DNA from: Clostridia bacterium
Lineage (GTDB): Bacteria; Bacillota; Clostridia; JAAYHZ01
Assembly (NCBI GenBank): GCA_050950825.1
Contig: JBMNIH010000003.1
Coordinates: 224,001 to 288,000 of the forward strand
Direction of reading: 5' to 3'
DNA length: 64,000 nucleotides
Both the position numbers and the translations under genes were made by a program. The notes beneath the pieces are model-generated. The model was not told where the DNA came from. It was given only the letters and a program-made list of their open reading frames with translations, and ran no database searches. Positions 50,935 through 61,779 of the stretch are shown in pieces; position 1 is the first letter of the stretch; each line of letters opens with the position of its first letter.

Positions 50935-52803
50935 TTATACGTCTTCCGCTACGGGAAATTCCGTTATTCTTAAATTGGTACAGCCGTAAGGGATAAGCCT
51001 TATTCTTTCGGGAGCCCCCTTTTTCGGTACGGGACCCGGTTTTTCATCGCAGGACCCGTTGGTCATGCCCCAATCCTCCGTATAATACGCATCGACATAA
51101 AGGGCAACGGGAGCGTTTTCAGGTGCAAACATGCAAGCATCCGTAACCTTTTTTTCCTCGTACGTCATTTTGGACGTATCCGGATCCAAAGCATACCTCC
51201 ATTCGGATACAGGATAAAGCTCGAAATCTCCGTGAGGCGGTGCTTTCAAAGGATCCTCCGTATTGACGGCGATTTTTTCTTCCTCTATGGGAAGAGAAAA
51301 CACCAAAGGCCCTTTCGTTACGGATACGGTTTTTTGCGGCGTTTCGTACAACGTAATCTCCGAAGGTAAGAGGATCCGTATTTCTTTGGATTTTTCTTCT
51401 CCGATTCGAACCTCCGTTTTTACAAATCCCTCTTTTACCGTTTCCTTATCGAAAGGCACACCGGTTACGGTCATACGGTTGCACCATTTCGGTACACGGA
51501 TATACAACGGGAAGGATACCGGCTTATCCGCTTTTATGAGCACGGTTACGTCTTCTTTAAAGGGATATTGGGTATCGACGATAACCTCTGCTTGTACATC
51601 CTTTAAGGTTGTGGACAAGCTACAAGGCGCGTAAGAAATCACGGCCAAGCCGTCGTCATCGGTTTTCATCCAAAGGCTTGCGGCATACTTGGGCCATCCT
51701 TGGCTTAGGTTGGCGGTGCAGCAGCCGTAATTCGGTTCAAGACCGAATATATTGGATGCAGGCCCGTTGGTCTTCCACGTCCTGCCTTGCTTTATGCTGC
51801 ACTCCGCTTGGTTGATCTGCTGGTCGTATTGGTGAGACCACATATCCGGTAAAAAAGTTGCCGGCCAAGCGTTAAAGGTTATCTTTTCCAGCCGGTCCGC
51901 CAAATCTCCTTTCCCGAACATCTCGATCAAAACCTCCAGGGAATACATGTACTCCGCTACGGCGCAAAGCTCGGTGCCTTGAACAGGGCTTTTTCCTGCA
52001 AGCACCTCGTCACCGCTAAAGACTCCGGTTACATAACCGTGGAATTCGTCCAAACGGTCCTTAGCTATCGTCAGGTTTTCCAAGTAATAGGGGTCTTCGG
52101 TCAAGGCGTAAGCAATGCCGTTGGCTTTTATGGCCATGGCGTTATTCACCACGTGCTTGTCAAAGCTCCAGCGTCCTTTTTCCGCGGGGGCTTCAACCAA
52201 GGGACTTCGATGGAATTCGTCCCACCTAAAGCCTTGGGCCATCAAACGTCGGCCTAAAAGAAGCCATTTTTCTTCCTTCGTCTTATCGTAAAGCCACAGC
52301 AAGGGAATGACTCCTTCGAACCATCGATACTGTGCCCAATGGCGCAACGGCGTACGGTCTATGGCTTTATCTACCGCATCAAAAAGCCGGGTTAAATACC
52401 GAACGCATCTTTCGTCCTTTTCCGCCAAGTAGTAGGTGTAGACGACTTTGGAAATCAGCAAAAGCGCCCACAGATCGTAGTTTCTTTTTTCTTGATCCGT
52501 CATGGGATAAGGCCAGCCGTCATCCTGCTGCTTGCTGAAAATCAAGTCCATTTTCTTCCGGATATTGTCCCTGAACTCAAGATCGTCCAACAGGTATGCC
52601 AGCGGGATTACCCCGTCCAGCCAATAGGGTGCTCGTTCCCAGCCCTCCGCGTTACCGCCGAACCATTTGCTGTCTTTGATATCAGGCCAGAAGCGATCAA
52701 GATTTCCGCTTAAACCTTCCTTTTGAACGGTCAGCTGCTTTAAAAGCCAACCCTTGGGCTTTATCAAGCCAAAAGACAGTTGCTCAAAACGAAACCGCAT
52801 CAT
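50935..52803 (-). CDS. GH127-like beta-L-arabinofuranosidase (HypBA1 family)
   Basis: IKPKGWL, WERAPYWLDG, HVVN, FSGDE, ELCAVAE, GCCTAN, LIPYGCT. Confidence 0.85.
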   Translation of the reverse strand: MMRFRFEQLSFGLIKPKGWLLKQLTVQKEGLSGNLDRFWPDIKDSKWFGGNAEGWERAPYWLDGVIPLAYLLDDLEFRDNIRKKMDLIFSKQQDDGWPYPMTDQEKRNYDLWALLLISKVVYTYYLAEKDERCVRYLTRLFDAVDKAIDRTPLRHWAQYRWFEGVIPLLWLYDKTKEEKWLLLGRRLMAQGFRWDEFHRSPLVEAPAEKGRWSFDKHVVNNAMAIKANGIAYALTEDPYYLENLTIAKDRLDEFHGYVTGVFSGDEVLAGKSPVQGTELCAVAEYMYSLEVLIEMFGKGDLADRLEKITFNAWPATFLPDMWSHQYDQQINQAECSIKQGRTWKTNGPASNIFGLEPNYGCCTANLSQGWPKYAASLWMKTDDDGLAVISYAPCSLSTTLKDVQAEVIVDTQYPFKEDVTVLIKADKPVSFPLYIRVPKWCNRMTVTGVPFDKETVKEGFVKTEVRIGEEKSKEIRILLPSEITLYETPQKTVSVTKGPLVFSLPIEEEKIAVNTEDPLKAPPHGDFELYPVSEWRYALDPDTSKMTYEEKKVTDACMFAPENAPVALYVDAYYTEDWGMTNGSCDEKPGPVPKKGAPERIRLIPYGCTNLRITEFPVAEDV

Positions 52804-52841
52804 GATCCGCCTCCCGTTATGAAATATATTGTATTACAATA

Positions 52842-53372
52842 TCAATATTCCATTCCTCTTCTCAAGACTTTCATTTCTTCGGGAATCAAGTGATGATATT
52901 TTTCTCTTAAACCGTGTTTCAAAGACAATTCAAAGGATTCCGGCTTAATAATGTTCGTGTGGGCAATCAATTTGCCTAACAAAAAGATGTTGGCAAAGGT
53001 GGCGTTACCGGCCTCCGACGCCAATTCCGTTGCGGGAATGGCATAGGTCACCACGTCTTCCCGATTGACCTGCCGTCCTACCAAGGAAGAGTCCACGATA
53101 ATGACACCGCCCGGGCGGACGATTTTCTCAAACTTGTCCAAAGAAGGGGTGTTCATGGCAATCAAAGCGGTAGGATCGTTTACGATCGGAGATCCTACTT
53201 GCTCGTCGCTGATGATGATGCAGCAGTTGGCCGTCCCGCCCCTCATTTCCGGGCCATAGGAGGGCAGCCAAGAAACATTCTTGTCTTCCAGCATACCGGC
53301 ATAAGCCAAAAATCTTCCGGCGGAAAGGATCCCTTGTCCTCCGAAACCGGCGATGATAATTTTCTGTTCCAT
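52842..53372 (-). CDS. 2-oxoacid:ferredoxin oxidoreductase gamma subunit
   Basis: AGFGGQG and PSYGPEMRGGTA. Confidence 0.93.
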   Translation of the reverse strand: MEQKIIIAGFGGQGILSAGRFLAYAGMLEDKNVSWLPSYGPEMRGGTANCCIIISDEQVGSPIVNDPTALIAMNTPSLDKFEKIVRPGGVIIVDSSLVGRQVNREDVVTYAIPATELASEAGNATFANIFLLGKLIAHTNIIKPESFELSLKHGLREKYHHLIPEEMKVLRRGMEY

Positions 53373-53375
53373 TCC

Positions 53376-54122
53376 TTACACCTCCAGGTCGGCACCCTTA
53401 AAGTTCCCAAGGGGATAATAAGGGATCATTTTATCTTGAACCCACTTCATGGCGTCTACGGGATTGATTCCCCAGTTGGTAGGACATGTGGACAACACTT
53501 CCACAATGGAGAATCCGTAGCCTTTTTGCTGAACCTGAAATGCTTTTTTAATGGCTTTTTTCGCATTCCGAATATTCTTAATATCGTGAACGGATACTCT
53601 TTCCACAAAGGCGGCGCCGGTCAAGGTAGACAGCATTTCGCAAACCCGAATGGGATAGCCTTGAATCTCGGGCTTTCTGCCGTAAGGGGATGTGGTGGTC
53701 ACTTGTCCGACCAGCGTGGTAGGCGCCATCTGTCCGGAGGTCATTCCGTATATGGCGTTGTTAATAAACACCGTGGTGATTTTTTCGCCTCTTGCGGCGG
53801 CATGTACGATTTCGGCGGTACCGATGGCGGCCAAGTCGCCGTCTCCTTGGTACGTGAAAACCACCTTATCCGGATGGACGCGCTTGACGCCGGTTGCAAC
53901 CGCCGGCGCTCTTCCGTGAGCGGCCTGCTGCATATCGCAATTAAAATACAAATAGTTATTGTATGCGCAGCCTACCGGAGATACTCCGATGGTGGTACCT
54001 TCTATGTTCAATTCGTCTATAACCTCGGCTACCAATCGATGAACGATTCCGTGGGTACAGCCGGGGCAGTAGTGCATGGATACATCCACCAATGCATGGG
54101 GTCTGTCAAATACTACAGCCAT
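53376..54122 (-). CDS. 2-oxoacid:ferredoxin oxidoreductase beta subunit (TPP-binding)
   Basis: YCPGCTHG, QGDGD, NNAIYGMTSGQ. Confidence 0.93.
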   Translation of the reverse strand: MAVVFDRPHALVDVSMHYCPGCTHGIVHRLVAEVIDELNIEGTTIGVSPVGCAYNNYLYFNCDMQQAAHGRAPAVATGVKRVHPDKVVFTYQGDGDLAAIGTAEIVHAAARGEKITTVFINNAIYGMTSGQMAPTTLVGQVTTTSPYGRKPEIQGYPIRVCEMLSTLTGAAFVERVSVHDIKNIRNAKKAIKKAFQVQQKGYGFSIVEVLSTCPTNWGINPVDAMKWVQDKMIPYYPLGNFKGADLEV

Positions 54123-54124
54123 GG

Positions 54125-55192
54125 TTAGCCTCCCAACTTCTCTAAAATTTCTTTGATCTTGTCGTATATTTCTTTTTCCGTAGGAATCATACCTCCGGTC
54201 CTGCCGTGGAAATATACCGGCTTTTTACCGTTTACGGCAAGCCGAACATCTTCCACCATCTGCCCTGCAGACAGCTCAACCGATAAAAAGGCTTTTGCAT
54301 ATTCCGCGCATTTCACATAAGCTTCCGAGGGGAAGGGCCACAACGTGATCGGCCGAATCAGCCCGACATTGATATTGTCCTTTTTCGCCAATTTAATGAC
54401 GTTCTTAACGATTCGAGCGACGGTTCCGTATGCAGTGACAATAATGTCCGCATTTTCCGTATTGAACTCTTCCACGCGAACTTCCTTTTCGGCAATCAAA
54501 GCGTACTTTTTCTGCAGCTTATTGTTATGGGCTTCCAACACCTCCGGTTCGATATATATGGAAGTGATGGTATTGTGTTTTCTTTTCATGCCGGTTCCGA
54601 CGGTTGCCCATGCCTTTTCGTCCTTGTAGATATCCTCTTGGTCTTTGAATTGGACCGGTTCCATCATTTGACCCAAATTACCGTCCCCCATAATCATAAC
54701 CAAGGTTCTGTATTTATCGGCAATATTAAAAGCTTCCACCGTAAGCTCGTACAATTCCTGAAGATTTGCGGGAGCCAAAACCACCATTTTGTAGTCTCCG
54801 TGCCCGCCGCCTTTGACGGCTTGGAAGTAGTCTCCCTGTGCCGGCAGGATTCCTCCCAAACCGGGACCGCATCTTACAATGTTAACAATGACTGCAGGAA
54901 GCTCCGCACAAGCCATGTAAGAAATCCCTTCCTGCTTTAAGCTGATACCCGGGCTTGAAGAGGAGGTCATACATCTCGCGCCCGCCCCGGAGGCTCCGTA
55001 AAGCATGTTAATAGCGGCCACTTCGCTTTCTGCTTGCACAAAGGTTCCGCCGACCAAGGGCAGCTGCTTTGCCATGTAGTGTGCAATATCGGATTGCGGT
55101 GTAATGGGATAACCGAAATAGTGTGTACATCCGGCGCGTATCGCCGCTTCCGCTATAACTTCGTTTCCTTTCATCAAGACTTTTTTACCCAT
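54125..55192 (-). CDS. 2-oxoacid:ferredoxin oxidoreductase alpha subunit (VorB-like)
   Basis: GYPITPQ, QAESEVAA, SSSSPGISLKQE. Confidence 0.93.
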   Translation of the reverse strand: MGKKVLMKGNEVIAEAAIRAGCTHYFGYPITPQSDIAHYMAKQLPLVGGTFVQAESEVAAINMLYGASGAGARCMTSSSSPGISLKQEGISYMACAELPAVIVNIVRCGPGLGGILPAQGDYFQAVKGGGHGDYKMVVLAPANLQELYELTVEAFNIADKYRTLVMIMGDGNLGQMMEPVQFKDQEDIYKDEKAWATVGTGMKRKHNTITSIYIEPEVLEAHNNKLQKKYALIAEKEVRVEEFNTENADIIVTAYGTVARIVKNVIKLAKKDNINVGLIRPITLWPFPSEAYVKCAEYAKAFLSVELSAGQMVEDVRLAVNGKKPVYFHGRTGGMIPTEKEIYDKIKEILEKLGG

Positions 55193-55203
55193 ATCGCATC
55201 TCC

Positions 55204-55419
55204 TTACTTTTCTACTCGAATAACCGTATCAGGACAAATCGTAGCGCAAAAAGCGCAGCTGATACATTTATCTTGCTCTATAACACCGGCCGGATGGTAT
55301 CCTTTCTCATTCAGCCGGTCTTCTCTCATAATGACGATTTTTTTTGGACACACGGATACGCATAGCTCGCATCCTTTGCATCGGTCCTCACGAAAAAAAA
55401 CTTTTGCTTTTGTCATTAC
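55204..55419 (-). CDS. 2-oxoacid:ferredoxin oxidoreductase delta subunit (ferredoxin)
   Basis: CKGCELCVSVCP and CISCAFCATICP; start uncertain. Confidence 0.9.
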   Translation of the reverse strand, partial: VMTKAKVFFREDRCKGCELCVSVCPKKIVIMREDRLNEKGYHPAGVIEQDKCISCAFCATICPDTVIRVEK

Positions 55420-55554
55420 CATTTTCACCATCCTACATATAAAAATAGATATATAAACGAACTTTGTCCGATTATCGACTAAAAAAATCAATAAAATCAA
55501 TTATAGAACCAAACCCACCTCGTGTCAACCGCCGCAGGGCATTCCTCCCGGTTA

Positions 55555-56022
55555 TCAAAGAATCATATCCGCAATTGCAATCAATGCACCTATAAAAATA
55601 AACAGGTCCGCCAAGTTAAAGACCACGTTTTTTACGGGTTTTATAACAAGAAAATCGGTGACGGCCCCGTGCCGCATCCGATCGATGAAGTTGGCCAAGC
55701 CTCCTCCGTACATAATAGCCAAAGGTATTACGGCATCGTCTTTTTCAATCGTGAAAAAGACAATGGCGGCAAGAGCTAACAGCATAACCAAAACGGTTAA
55801 AACGTTCAGTAAAACCTTTTTCTTTTTTAAAAAACCCAAGATAGCGCCCGGATTTTTATAGGGCCTCGTTACCCGAATAAACCCCTTATGGGATAAAACC
55901 GGAGGAAGATTTTTCTCCCCTCCGGTTTCTTCTAATCTTTCATAATGCTTTTTCACTCGATTTTTTACGTACAAATCGATAAAAGCTTCCGACAGAATAA
56001 TCAAAACAACCCAAATACCCAT
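55555..56022 (-). CDS. Signal peptidase II (LspA) family protein
   Basis: NPGA, GGGLANFIDR, GAVTDFL, VFNLAD. ATG overlaps the upstream stop (TGATG). Confidence 0.8.
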   Translation of the reverse strand: MGIWVVLIILSEAFIDLYVKNRVKKHYERLEETGGEKNLPPVLSHKGFIRVTRPYKNPGAILGFLKKKKVLLNVLTVLVMLLALAAIVFFTIEKDDAVIPLAIMYGGGLANFIDRMRHGAVTDFLVIKPVKNVVFNLADLFIFIGALIAIADMIL

Positions 56023-56504
56023 CAGGCACCACAGCACTTTTTGTACTTTTTACCGCTGCCGCAAGGACAGGGATCGTTTCGTCCGGGCTTTTCTCGCTTG
56101 GCCGTTACGGTTTCCAAATAGTTTTTTCGGATTTCATCTCTTTTTTCTTTGTCGAAGATGTCGTTCCATTCTTCCAAATTGTATAGCCATTCGGCTTTTG
56201 CGTTGTACATATTCCATAAAAGCTTTTCGTATTCAATGTCTAATTTCACCGAATCGGCAGCTTCCAAGGAATCGATGTCCAACTCTTCCTTTAATGAAGT
56301 GTTGATTCCGGATAAAAAAGCCGCCGTTTCCGGAAGGGATAAATTCCACTTTTTCGAAAGACCCTCTACCGTATCTTCAATCTTCGTGATTTTATTCGCC
56401 AAGATTTCTTGATATACGTTCTTTTCTTTTAAGTAGTATTCTTGTATATAGGCGGCGTCCCCTTGCTTCTCTACAAAATCCGACCACTGTTGATACAAAC
56501 TCAT
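56022..56504 (-). CDS. SEC-C motif-containing protein
   Basis: C-terminal [18 protein letters not shown]. Confidence 0.9.
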   Translation of the reverse strand: MSLYQQWSDFVEKQGDAAYIQEYYLKEKNVYQEILANKITKIEDTVEGLSKKWNLSLPETAAFLSGINTSLKEELDIDSLEAADSVKLDIEYEKLLWNMYNAKAEWLYNLEEWNDIFDKEKRDEIRKNYLETVTAKREKPGRNDPCPCGSGKKYKKCCGA

Positions 56505-56511
56505 TTTTCTA

Positions 56512-57177
56512 TCATCTCCCGTTCGTTAGAATTTCTTTTGCTATGGCAACCGAAGCGCTGCATCCTAAGCGATCCGCTCCGGCTTCGATCATATCCATGG
56601 CTTGCTTCAAGGTTCGAATGCCTCCTGCGGCTTTTACCTTTAAACGGTCTCCTACGGTTTTTTTCATCAATCGGACATGATGCACATCGGCTCCGGGTCC
56701 GTTAAATCCCGTGGAGGTTTTGACAAAATCCGCACCGGCTTCTTCACATATTTTGCATGCCGTAATGATTTCCTCATCGGTCAAAAAGCAGGTTTCCAAA
56801 ATCACCTTCACTATAGCCTTTCCTTTGACCGCTTCCGTCGTCATATAAATATCTTTCCGGACATACGGGAAATTTCCTTCCTTCAATGCGCCGACGGACA
56901 GAACCATGTCGATTTCTTGGGCACCGTTCTCAACGGCCAAAGAAGCTTCGTAGGCTTTTACCTCGGAGGCTTCCGCCCCTAAGGGAAATCCCGCAACCGC
57001 CGCGACCTTAACGGAGGAGCCCCTTAATTCCTCCGCCGCCTTTTTTACAAAACGGCCGTTGACGCATACGGCGCCAAAACCGTACTCCTTCGCTTCATTG
57101 CATAGCTTGAATATGTCGTTCCAAACGGCATCCGGCTTAAGATTCGTATGATCGATAATGGACAACAATTCTTTCAT
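56512..57177 (-). CDS. deoC: Deoxyribose-phosphate aldolase
   Basis: [33 protein letters not shown]. Confidence 0.96.
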   Translation of the reverse strand: MKELLSIIDHTNLKPDAVWNDIFKLCNEAKEYGFGAVCVNGRFVKKAAEELRGSSVKVAAVAGFPLGAEASEVKAYEASLAVENGAQEIDMVLSVGALKEGNFPYVRKDIYMTTEAVKGKAIVKVILETCFLTDEEIITACKICEEAGADFVKTSTGFNGPGADVHHVRLMKKTVGDRLKVKAAGGIRTLKQAMDMIEAGADRLGCSASVAIAKEILTNGR

Positions 57178-57192
57178 CTTTTACCTTCCTTT

Positions 57193-58125
57193 CTACCTGT
57201 TTTCCCTAAAGTAGGGCAAGCCCATGGATGTGGGAGGTAAATTCTTTTTGGACTTTTTCACCGATGCAATAATCAATATGATAATGGTGGCCGCATAGGG
57301 CAGCATATCCAGAAAATACTGAGGAATGCTTAACTCGAACTTCTGCAGGCGGAATCCCAAAATATCCAGTCCGCCGAACAAATACGAACCGGCAATGGCT
57401 TTATAGGGGTTCCAGGTAACGAAAATAACCAGTGCAACAGCAATCCATCCTCTTCCCGCCACAATGTTATCCTGCCATGCGGGAACATAAATCAAGGAAA
57501 GATACGCACCGGCCAAACCGCACAATGCGCCTCCGATCAAGATATGAACGTATTTGTATAAGTTCACGTTGATGCCGGCAGCATCGGCCGCTGCAGGATT
57601 CTCTCCGACGGCGATCAGGTTCAGCCCTTTTCTCGTTTTATACAAATAAATCCCGATAATAATGACAATCACATAGGAAATGTAGACGATAGGGTCTTTG
57701 TTAAAAAGAATGTCCCCTATAAACGGGATGTCCCCCAATAGAGGTATTTTAACGTTTGCCAAGGCGGCCTTTACGTTATCGGGAACCAGCAAACCTACGT
57801 ATTTCTGACCTAAAAATCCGGCAAATCCGGTTCCGAAGGTGGTCAAGGCCAACCCGGATACTTGCTGATTCACTCTTAAAGTAACCGTTAAAAATGCATA
57901 AATCAAAGAACCCAGCGCACCGGTTAAGAAGGCGGCCGCAAGGGCTAAAAAGGGACTTTGGGTATGATAGGCGGTTATAAATCCCATAACGGCACCCATT
58001 AACATCATGCCTTCGATTCCCAAATTCAAGTTCCCCGCTTTTTCCGTCAAAATTTCGCCGAGGGTTGCCAGCAACAAGGGGGTTCCGGCTATAACGGCAG
58101 CCGATAAGAAAAGCTTTAAATCCAT
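57193..58125 (-). CDS. Nucleoside ABC transporter permease
   Basis: EKAGNLNLGIEG, VGENP, GRGWIAVALV. Confidence 0.9.
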   Translation of the reverse strand: MDLKLFLSAAVIAGTPLLLATLGEILTEKAGNLNLGIEGMMLMGAVMGFITAYHTQSPFLALAAAFLTGALGSLIYAFLTVTLRVNQQVSGLALTTFGTGFAGFLGQKYVGLLVPDNVKAALANVKIPLLGDIPFIGDILFNKDPIVYISYVIVIIIGIYLYKTRKGLNLIAVGENPAAADAAGINVNLYKYVHILIGGALCGLAGAYLSLIYVPAWQDNIVAGRGWIAVALVIFVTWNPYKAIAGSYLFGGLDILGFRLQKFELSIPQYFLDMLPYAATIIILIIASVKKSKKNLPPTSMGLPYFRENR

Positions 58126-58126
58126 A

Positions 58127-59191
58127 TCAATTTCCTCCTTGTTCTTTCTTTACGGGAACAATTTTGTATCGGATGAAAAACTCGGTTCCTAGTATAAAGA
58201 ACAAAATCATCCCTTGAATAATTTCGGTAACCGCTTGGGGAATTTGGTACGCCGTTTCGATAAATACGCCTCCTTGTACCATGGCCGCGAATAAAAAGGC
58301 GACGATTACCATGACGGGCATGCTCAAACGGGAAAGCCAAGCGATAATGATGGCGGTAAAGCCTGCATTGGCGGACGTGGTGACGGCCAGCGTGCGTCCT
58401 ACCCCCGATGCTTGGATCATACCGGCCAGCCCGCATAATCCTCCGCTTATAAACAGAGCCTCCAGCATAATCTTTTTAACGTTCATACCGGCATAACGAG
58501 CCGTATTGACGCTTTCTCCTACCACGGAAATTTCGTATCCTTTTTTCGAGTGTTTCATAAAGATATGCATAACCACGGCCAGAACCAAGGTAACGACCCA
58601 TCCCGCATGGATGCCGAATACATCCGGAAGCCAAGCGTTTTTCGAAAAGTCGGCAATTTTCGGAAAGCCCACGGCATTCGGATCCTTCCATGCGCTGTAT
58701 TGAAGGTATGTAACCCATTTGATGGCAATGTAGTTCATCATCAAAGTAAACAAGGTTTCGTTGGTATTGAACTTCGCTTTGAAAATAGCGGGAATCAAAG
58801 CATACAAACCGCCGAAAACAAATCCCGTTACGGCCATAAAGAGCAGCAAAACCGGTTTGCTTAAATCCGGAAAATTTAAAGCCACTAACGCCGCTCCGAA
58901 GGCTCCCATCATAATCTGTCCCTCGCCGCCGATATTCCAAAACTTCAGCTTAAAAGCCACGGATATACCGAAAGAGGTGATGGCAAGAGGGATGGCTCTT
59001 ATGATAATGCTTCGTATACGATAATAGGAACCGAAGGCTCCCTTGATCATGGAAGCATAAACTTGAATCGGGTTTTTCTTGGTTATTAAGATAAATATCG
59101 AAGATATGACGAGGGCTCCGATAATTCCGATAAGACGATAAAGAGCCGCTTGCTTGTTCGAAACACCGGTTTTTTGCGCAATCCTATACAT
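58127..59191 (-). CDS. Nucleoside ABC transporter permease
   Basis: WNIGGEGQ, TLMMNY, ARYAG. Confidence 0.9.
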   Translation of the reverse strand: MYRIAQKTGVSNKQAALYRLIGIIGALVISSIFILITKKNPIQVYASMIKGAFGSYYRIRSIIIRAIPLAITSFGISVAFKLKFWNIGGEGQIMMGAFGAALVALNFPDLSKPVLLLFMAVTGFVFGGLYALIPAIFKAKFNTNETLFTLMMNYIAIKWVTYLQYSAWKDPNAVGFPKIADFSKNAWLPDVFGIHAGWVVTLVLAVVMHIFMKHSKKGYEISVVGESVNTARYAGMNVKKIMLEALFISGGLCGLAGMIQASGVGRTLAVTTSANAGFTAIIIAWLSRLSMPVMVIVAFLFAAMVQGGVFIETAYQIPQAVTEIIQGMILFFILGTEFFIRYKIVPVKKEQGGN

Positions 59192-60692
59192 ACATCATCA
59201 CCTTTCCGGTCATCATTAAACCGATTTGCTCCTTGGTGGCATTTCTCGCATCCACAATCCCCGATATTTTACCGGCAAACATGACAATAATCCTGTCGCA
59301 GAGCTGGAGCAGGGTATCCAAATCCTCGCCGATATACAGAACGGCGACCCCTCTTTTCTTTTGTCGGTTCAGCATATCGTATATGGTGTAGGAAGCGCCG
59401 ATATCCAAGCCTCGAACGGCGTAAGCCGTAATCAATACCTTCGGATTCGATTCGATTTCTCTTCCTAACAATACCTTTTGTATGTTTCCTCCGGACAGCT
59501 TGCTTACGGGAGTACTGATGCTCGGAGTCGAGATGTCCATTTTTTCAACGATTTTTTTAGCCATTTCGCGGGCAGGCTGGCGATTGATGAAAAGTCCTTT
59601 TTGGTCTCTGTAGCTTTTCAAAAGCATATTGTCGGTAATGTCCATGGATCCGACCAAGCCCATACCCAATCGGTCCTCGGGGATAAAACTCATGCTGACT
59701 CCCATTCGAATGATTTCTCCCGGGGTTTTCCCGATGATTTCTTGGCCCATGCATTTCACGGAGCCTTTATGGACCGGATACAGCCCGGCGATAGCCTCGC
59801 AAAGCTCTTTCTGACCGCTTCCCGCAACACCGGCAACGCCGACGATTTCATGAGAAAAAAGCTCGAATCCGATTTCGTCCAAAACCTTCACTCCGTCTTC
59901 GTTGTACGCCGTCACTCCGTCCAGGGTCAAAAGAACTTCTCCGAGTTCGCATTCCTCCCTGTGTATCACAGGATCCATGGGTTTTCCCACCATTAATTCC
60001 GTCAGCTCCCATATGCTGGTTTCTTTTGTGATTAACGTTCCTACGTTTCTTCCTTTTCTTAAAACCGTTACGCGGTCGCTGATTTCCATAACCTCGTTCA
60101 ATTTATGGGTGATGATAATAATGGCATGTCCGGCGCTTCTCATATTTTTCAAAATGACAAACAGCTTTTTAATTTCTTCGGGAGTCAAAACGGCGGTAGG
60201 CTCGTCCAAGATCAAAATATCGGCACCGCGATACAGGACCCGAATAATTTCCAAGGTCTGCTTTTCGCCTACGCTCATATCGTATACGTATTTATCAAGA
60301 TCGATATGCAGGCCGTACTTATCCATCAGCTCGTTAATCTTTTTGATCTCTTTTTTTTGCCGCAGCGAAGCCGAGGAATTGCCCATGAGAATATTCTGGT
60401 ACCCCGTAAAATTGTCTATTAATTTAAAATGCTGGTGAATCATTCCTATTCCCAGCTTAATCGAGTCTTTGGGGGAGCGAATTTCGGCAGGCTTCCCGTT
60501 TATGGTTATAGAACCGCTGTCAGGCATATAAATGCCTGACAGCATATTCATTAATGTACTTTTACCGGAACCGTTCTCGCCTAATATGGCCAAGATTTCT
60601 CCTTTTTCCACATCCAAATCGATGTGGTCATTGGCGACCACCGTTCCGAATTTTTTCACTATTCCATGAAATTGTACATACGCTTCTTTCAT
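59184..60692 (-). CDS. Nucleoside ABC transporter ATP-binding protein (two NBDs)
   Basis: GENGSGKS, LDEPT, LSGGNIQK. Confidence 0.93.
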   Translation of the reverse strand: MKEAYVQFHGIVKKFGTVVANDHIDLDVEKGEILAILGENGSGKSTLMNMLSGIYMPDSGSITINGKPAEIRSPKDSIKLGIGMIHQHFKLIDNFTGYQNILMGNSSASLRQKKEIKKINELMDKYGLHIDLDKYVYDMSVGEKQTLEIIRVLYRGADILILDEPTAVLTPEEIKKLFVILKNMRSAGHAIIIITHKLNEVMEISDRVTVLRKGRNVGTLITKETSIWELTELMVGKPMDPVIHREECELGEVLLTLDGVTAYNEDGVKVLDEIGFELFSHEIVGVAGVAGSGQKELCEAIAGLYPVHKGSVKCMGQEIIGKTPGEIIRMGVSMSFIPEDRLGMGLVGSMDITDNMLLKSYRDQKGLFINRQPAREMAKKIVEKMDISTPSISTPVSKLSGGNIQKVLLGREIESNPKVLITAYAVRGLDIGASYTIYDMLNRQKKRGVAVLYIGEDLDTLLQLCDRIIVMFAGKISGIVDARNATKEQIGLMMTGKVMMYV

Positions 60693-60699
60693 TGATCTT

Positions 60700-61779
60700 C
60701 TATCCTATTTTTCCGACGACGCCTTTTACAAACCAGTCAAAGCTCAGCATTTCTTCGTCGGTCATTTTTTGGCCTTCTTTCACTTTCAAATTGCCGTTTT
60801 GGTCATAGATAGGACCGGTAAATACGTCGAATTTGCCTTCGATAATCTGCTTCTTCATTTCTTCGACCTTTTGCTTCGCCGCTTCCGGAACGTATTCGCT
60901 TAATTCCGCCAAGCCAACGATACCGGTTTCCATACCGCCCCAGTAGCTTTCCGCTTTCCATGTACCGTTCATCATATTCTGAACTTGTTCCACGTAGTAA
61001 GGTCCGAAATCCCAAACCGGAGCCGTTAAGAAAGCCTTCGGTGCCGATTCACGAGAGTCCGTATGATAACCGATGGCAAACTTGCCTCTTTCTTGTGCGG
61101 CAATCATGGGGCCCGGGGTGTCTTGATGCTGGGCAATAACATCACAGCCTTCGTCTAACAAAGCTAAAGCGGCATCCTTTTCCTTCGCAGGATCATACCA
61201 GGTGTTTGTCCATCTTACGATTACTTGCGCATCGGGATTTACGGCTTGAACGCCCAACGCAAAGGCATTGATTCCGCGAACAACCTCGGGAATATCAAAA
61301 GCGGCAACGTATCCGATCTTTTTGCTTTCGGTTTTCAAACCGGCTACAATACCGGATAAATAACGAGGCTGGTACATTCTTCCGAAGTAGTTGCTCATGT
61401 TGTCCGCCATTTCATATCCGGAACAATGCAAGAACTTCACTTCGGGGAATTCCAAAGCCATCTTTTTGGTCGCATTCATAAATCCGAAGCTGGTGGTGAA
61501 AATCATGGAGCAGCCTTGGTCGATCATGTTGCGAATAGCCGCTTCTACCGCAGCGTCTTCTTCCGCAACGTTTTCCTGATAGATGGTTTCTACGTCCAAT
61601 TGCTCTTCAAGATACAACCGAGCTTGATCATGGGCGTATGACCAACCCTTGTCCCCGGCAGGTCCTACGTAAATAAATCCCACTTTGACCTTATCGCTTT
61701 CTTCGGCTTTCTGACAACCGGCAGCGAGTGTCAAAATTAAAACAAAAACCACCGCTATAGCGCATACTTTTCTAAACAT
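60700..61779 (-). CDS. BMP family nucleoside-binding lipoprotein
   Basis: Lipobox AAGC; GFIYVGP-DKGW, TTSFGF, INAFALG, WYDP. Confidence 0.92.
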   Translation of the reverse strand: MFRKVCAIAVVFVLILTLAAGCQKAEESDKVKVGFIYVGPAGDKGWSYAHDQARLYLEEQLDVETIYQENVAEEDAAVEAAIRNMIDQGCSMIFTTSFGFMNATKKMALEFPEVKFLHCSGYEMADNMSNYFGRMYQPRYLSGIVAGLKTESKKIGYVAAFDIPEVVRGINAFALGVQAVNPDAQVIVRWTNTWYDPAKEKDAALALLDEGCDVIAQHQDTPGPMIAAQERGKFAIGYHTDSRESAPKAFLTAPVWDFGPYYVEQVQNMMNGTWKAESYWGGMETGIVGLAELSEYVPEAAKQKVEEMKKQIIEGKFDVFTGPIYDQNGNLKVKEGQKMTDEEMLSFDWFVKGVVGKIG

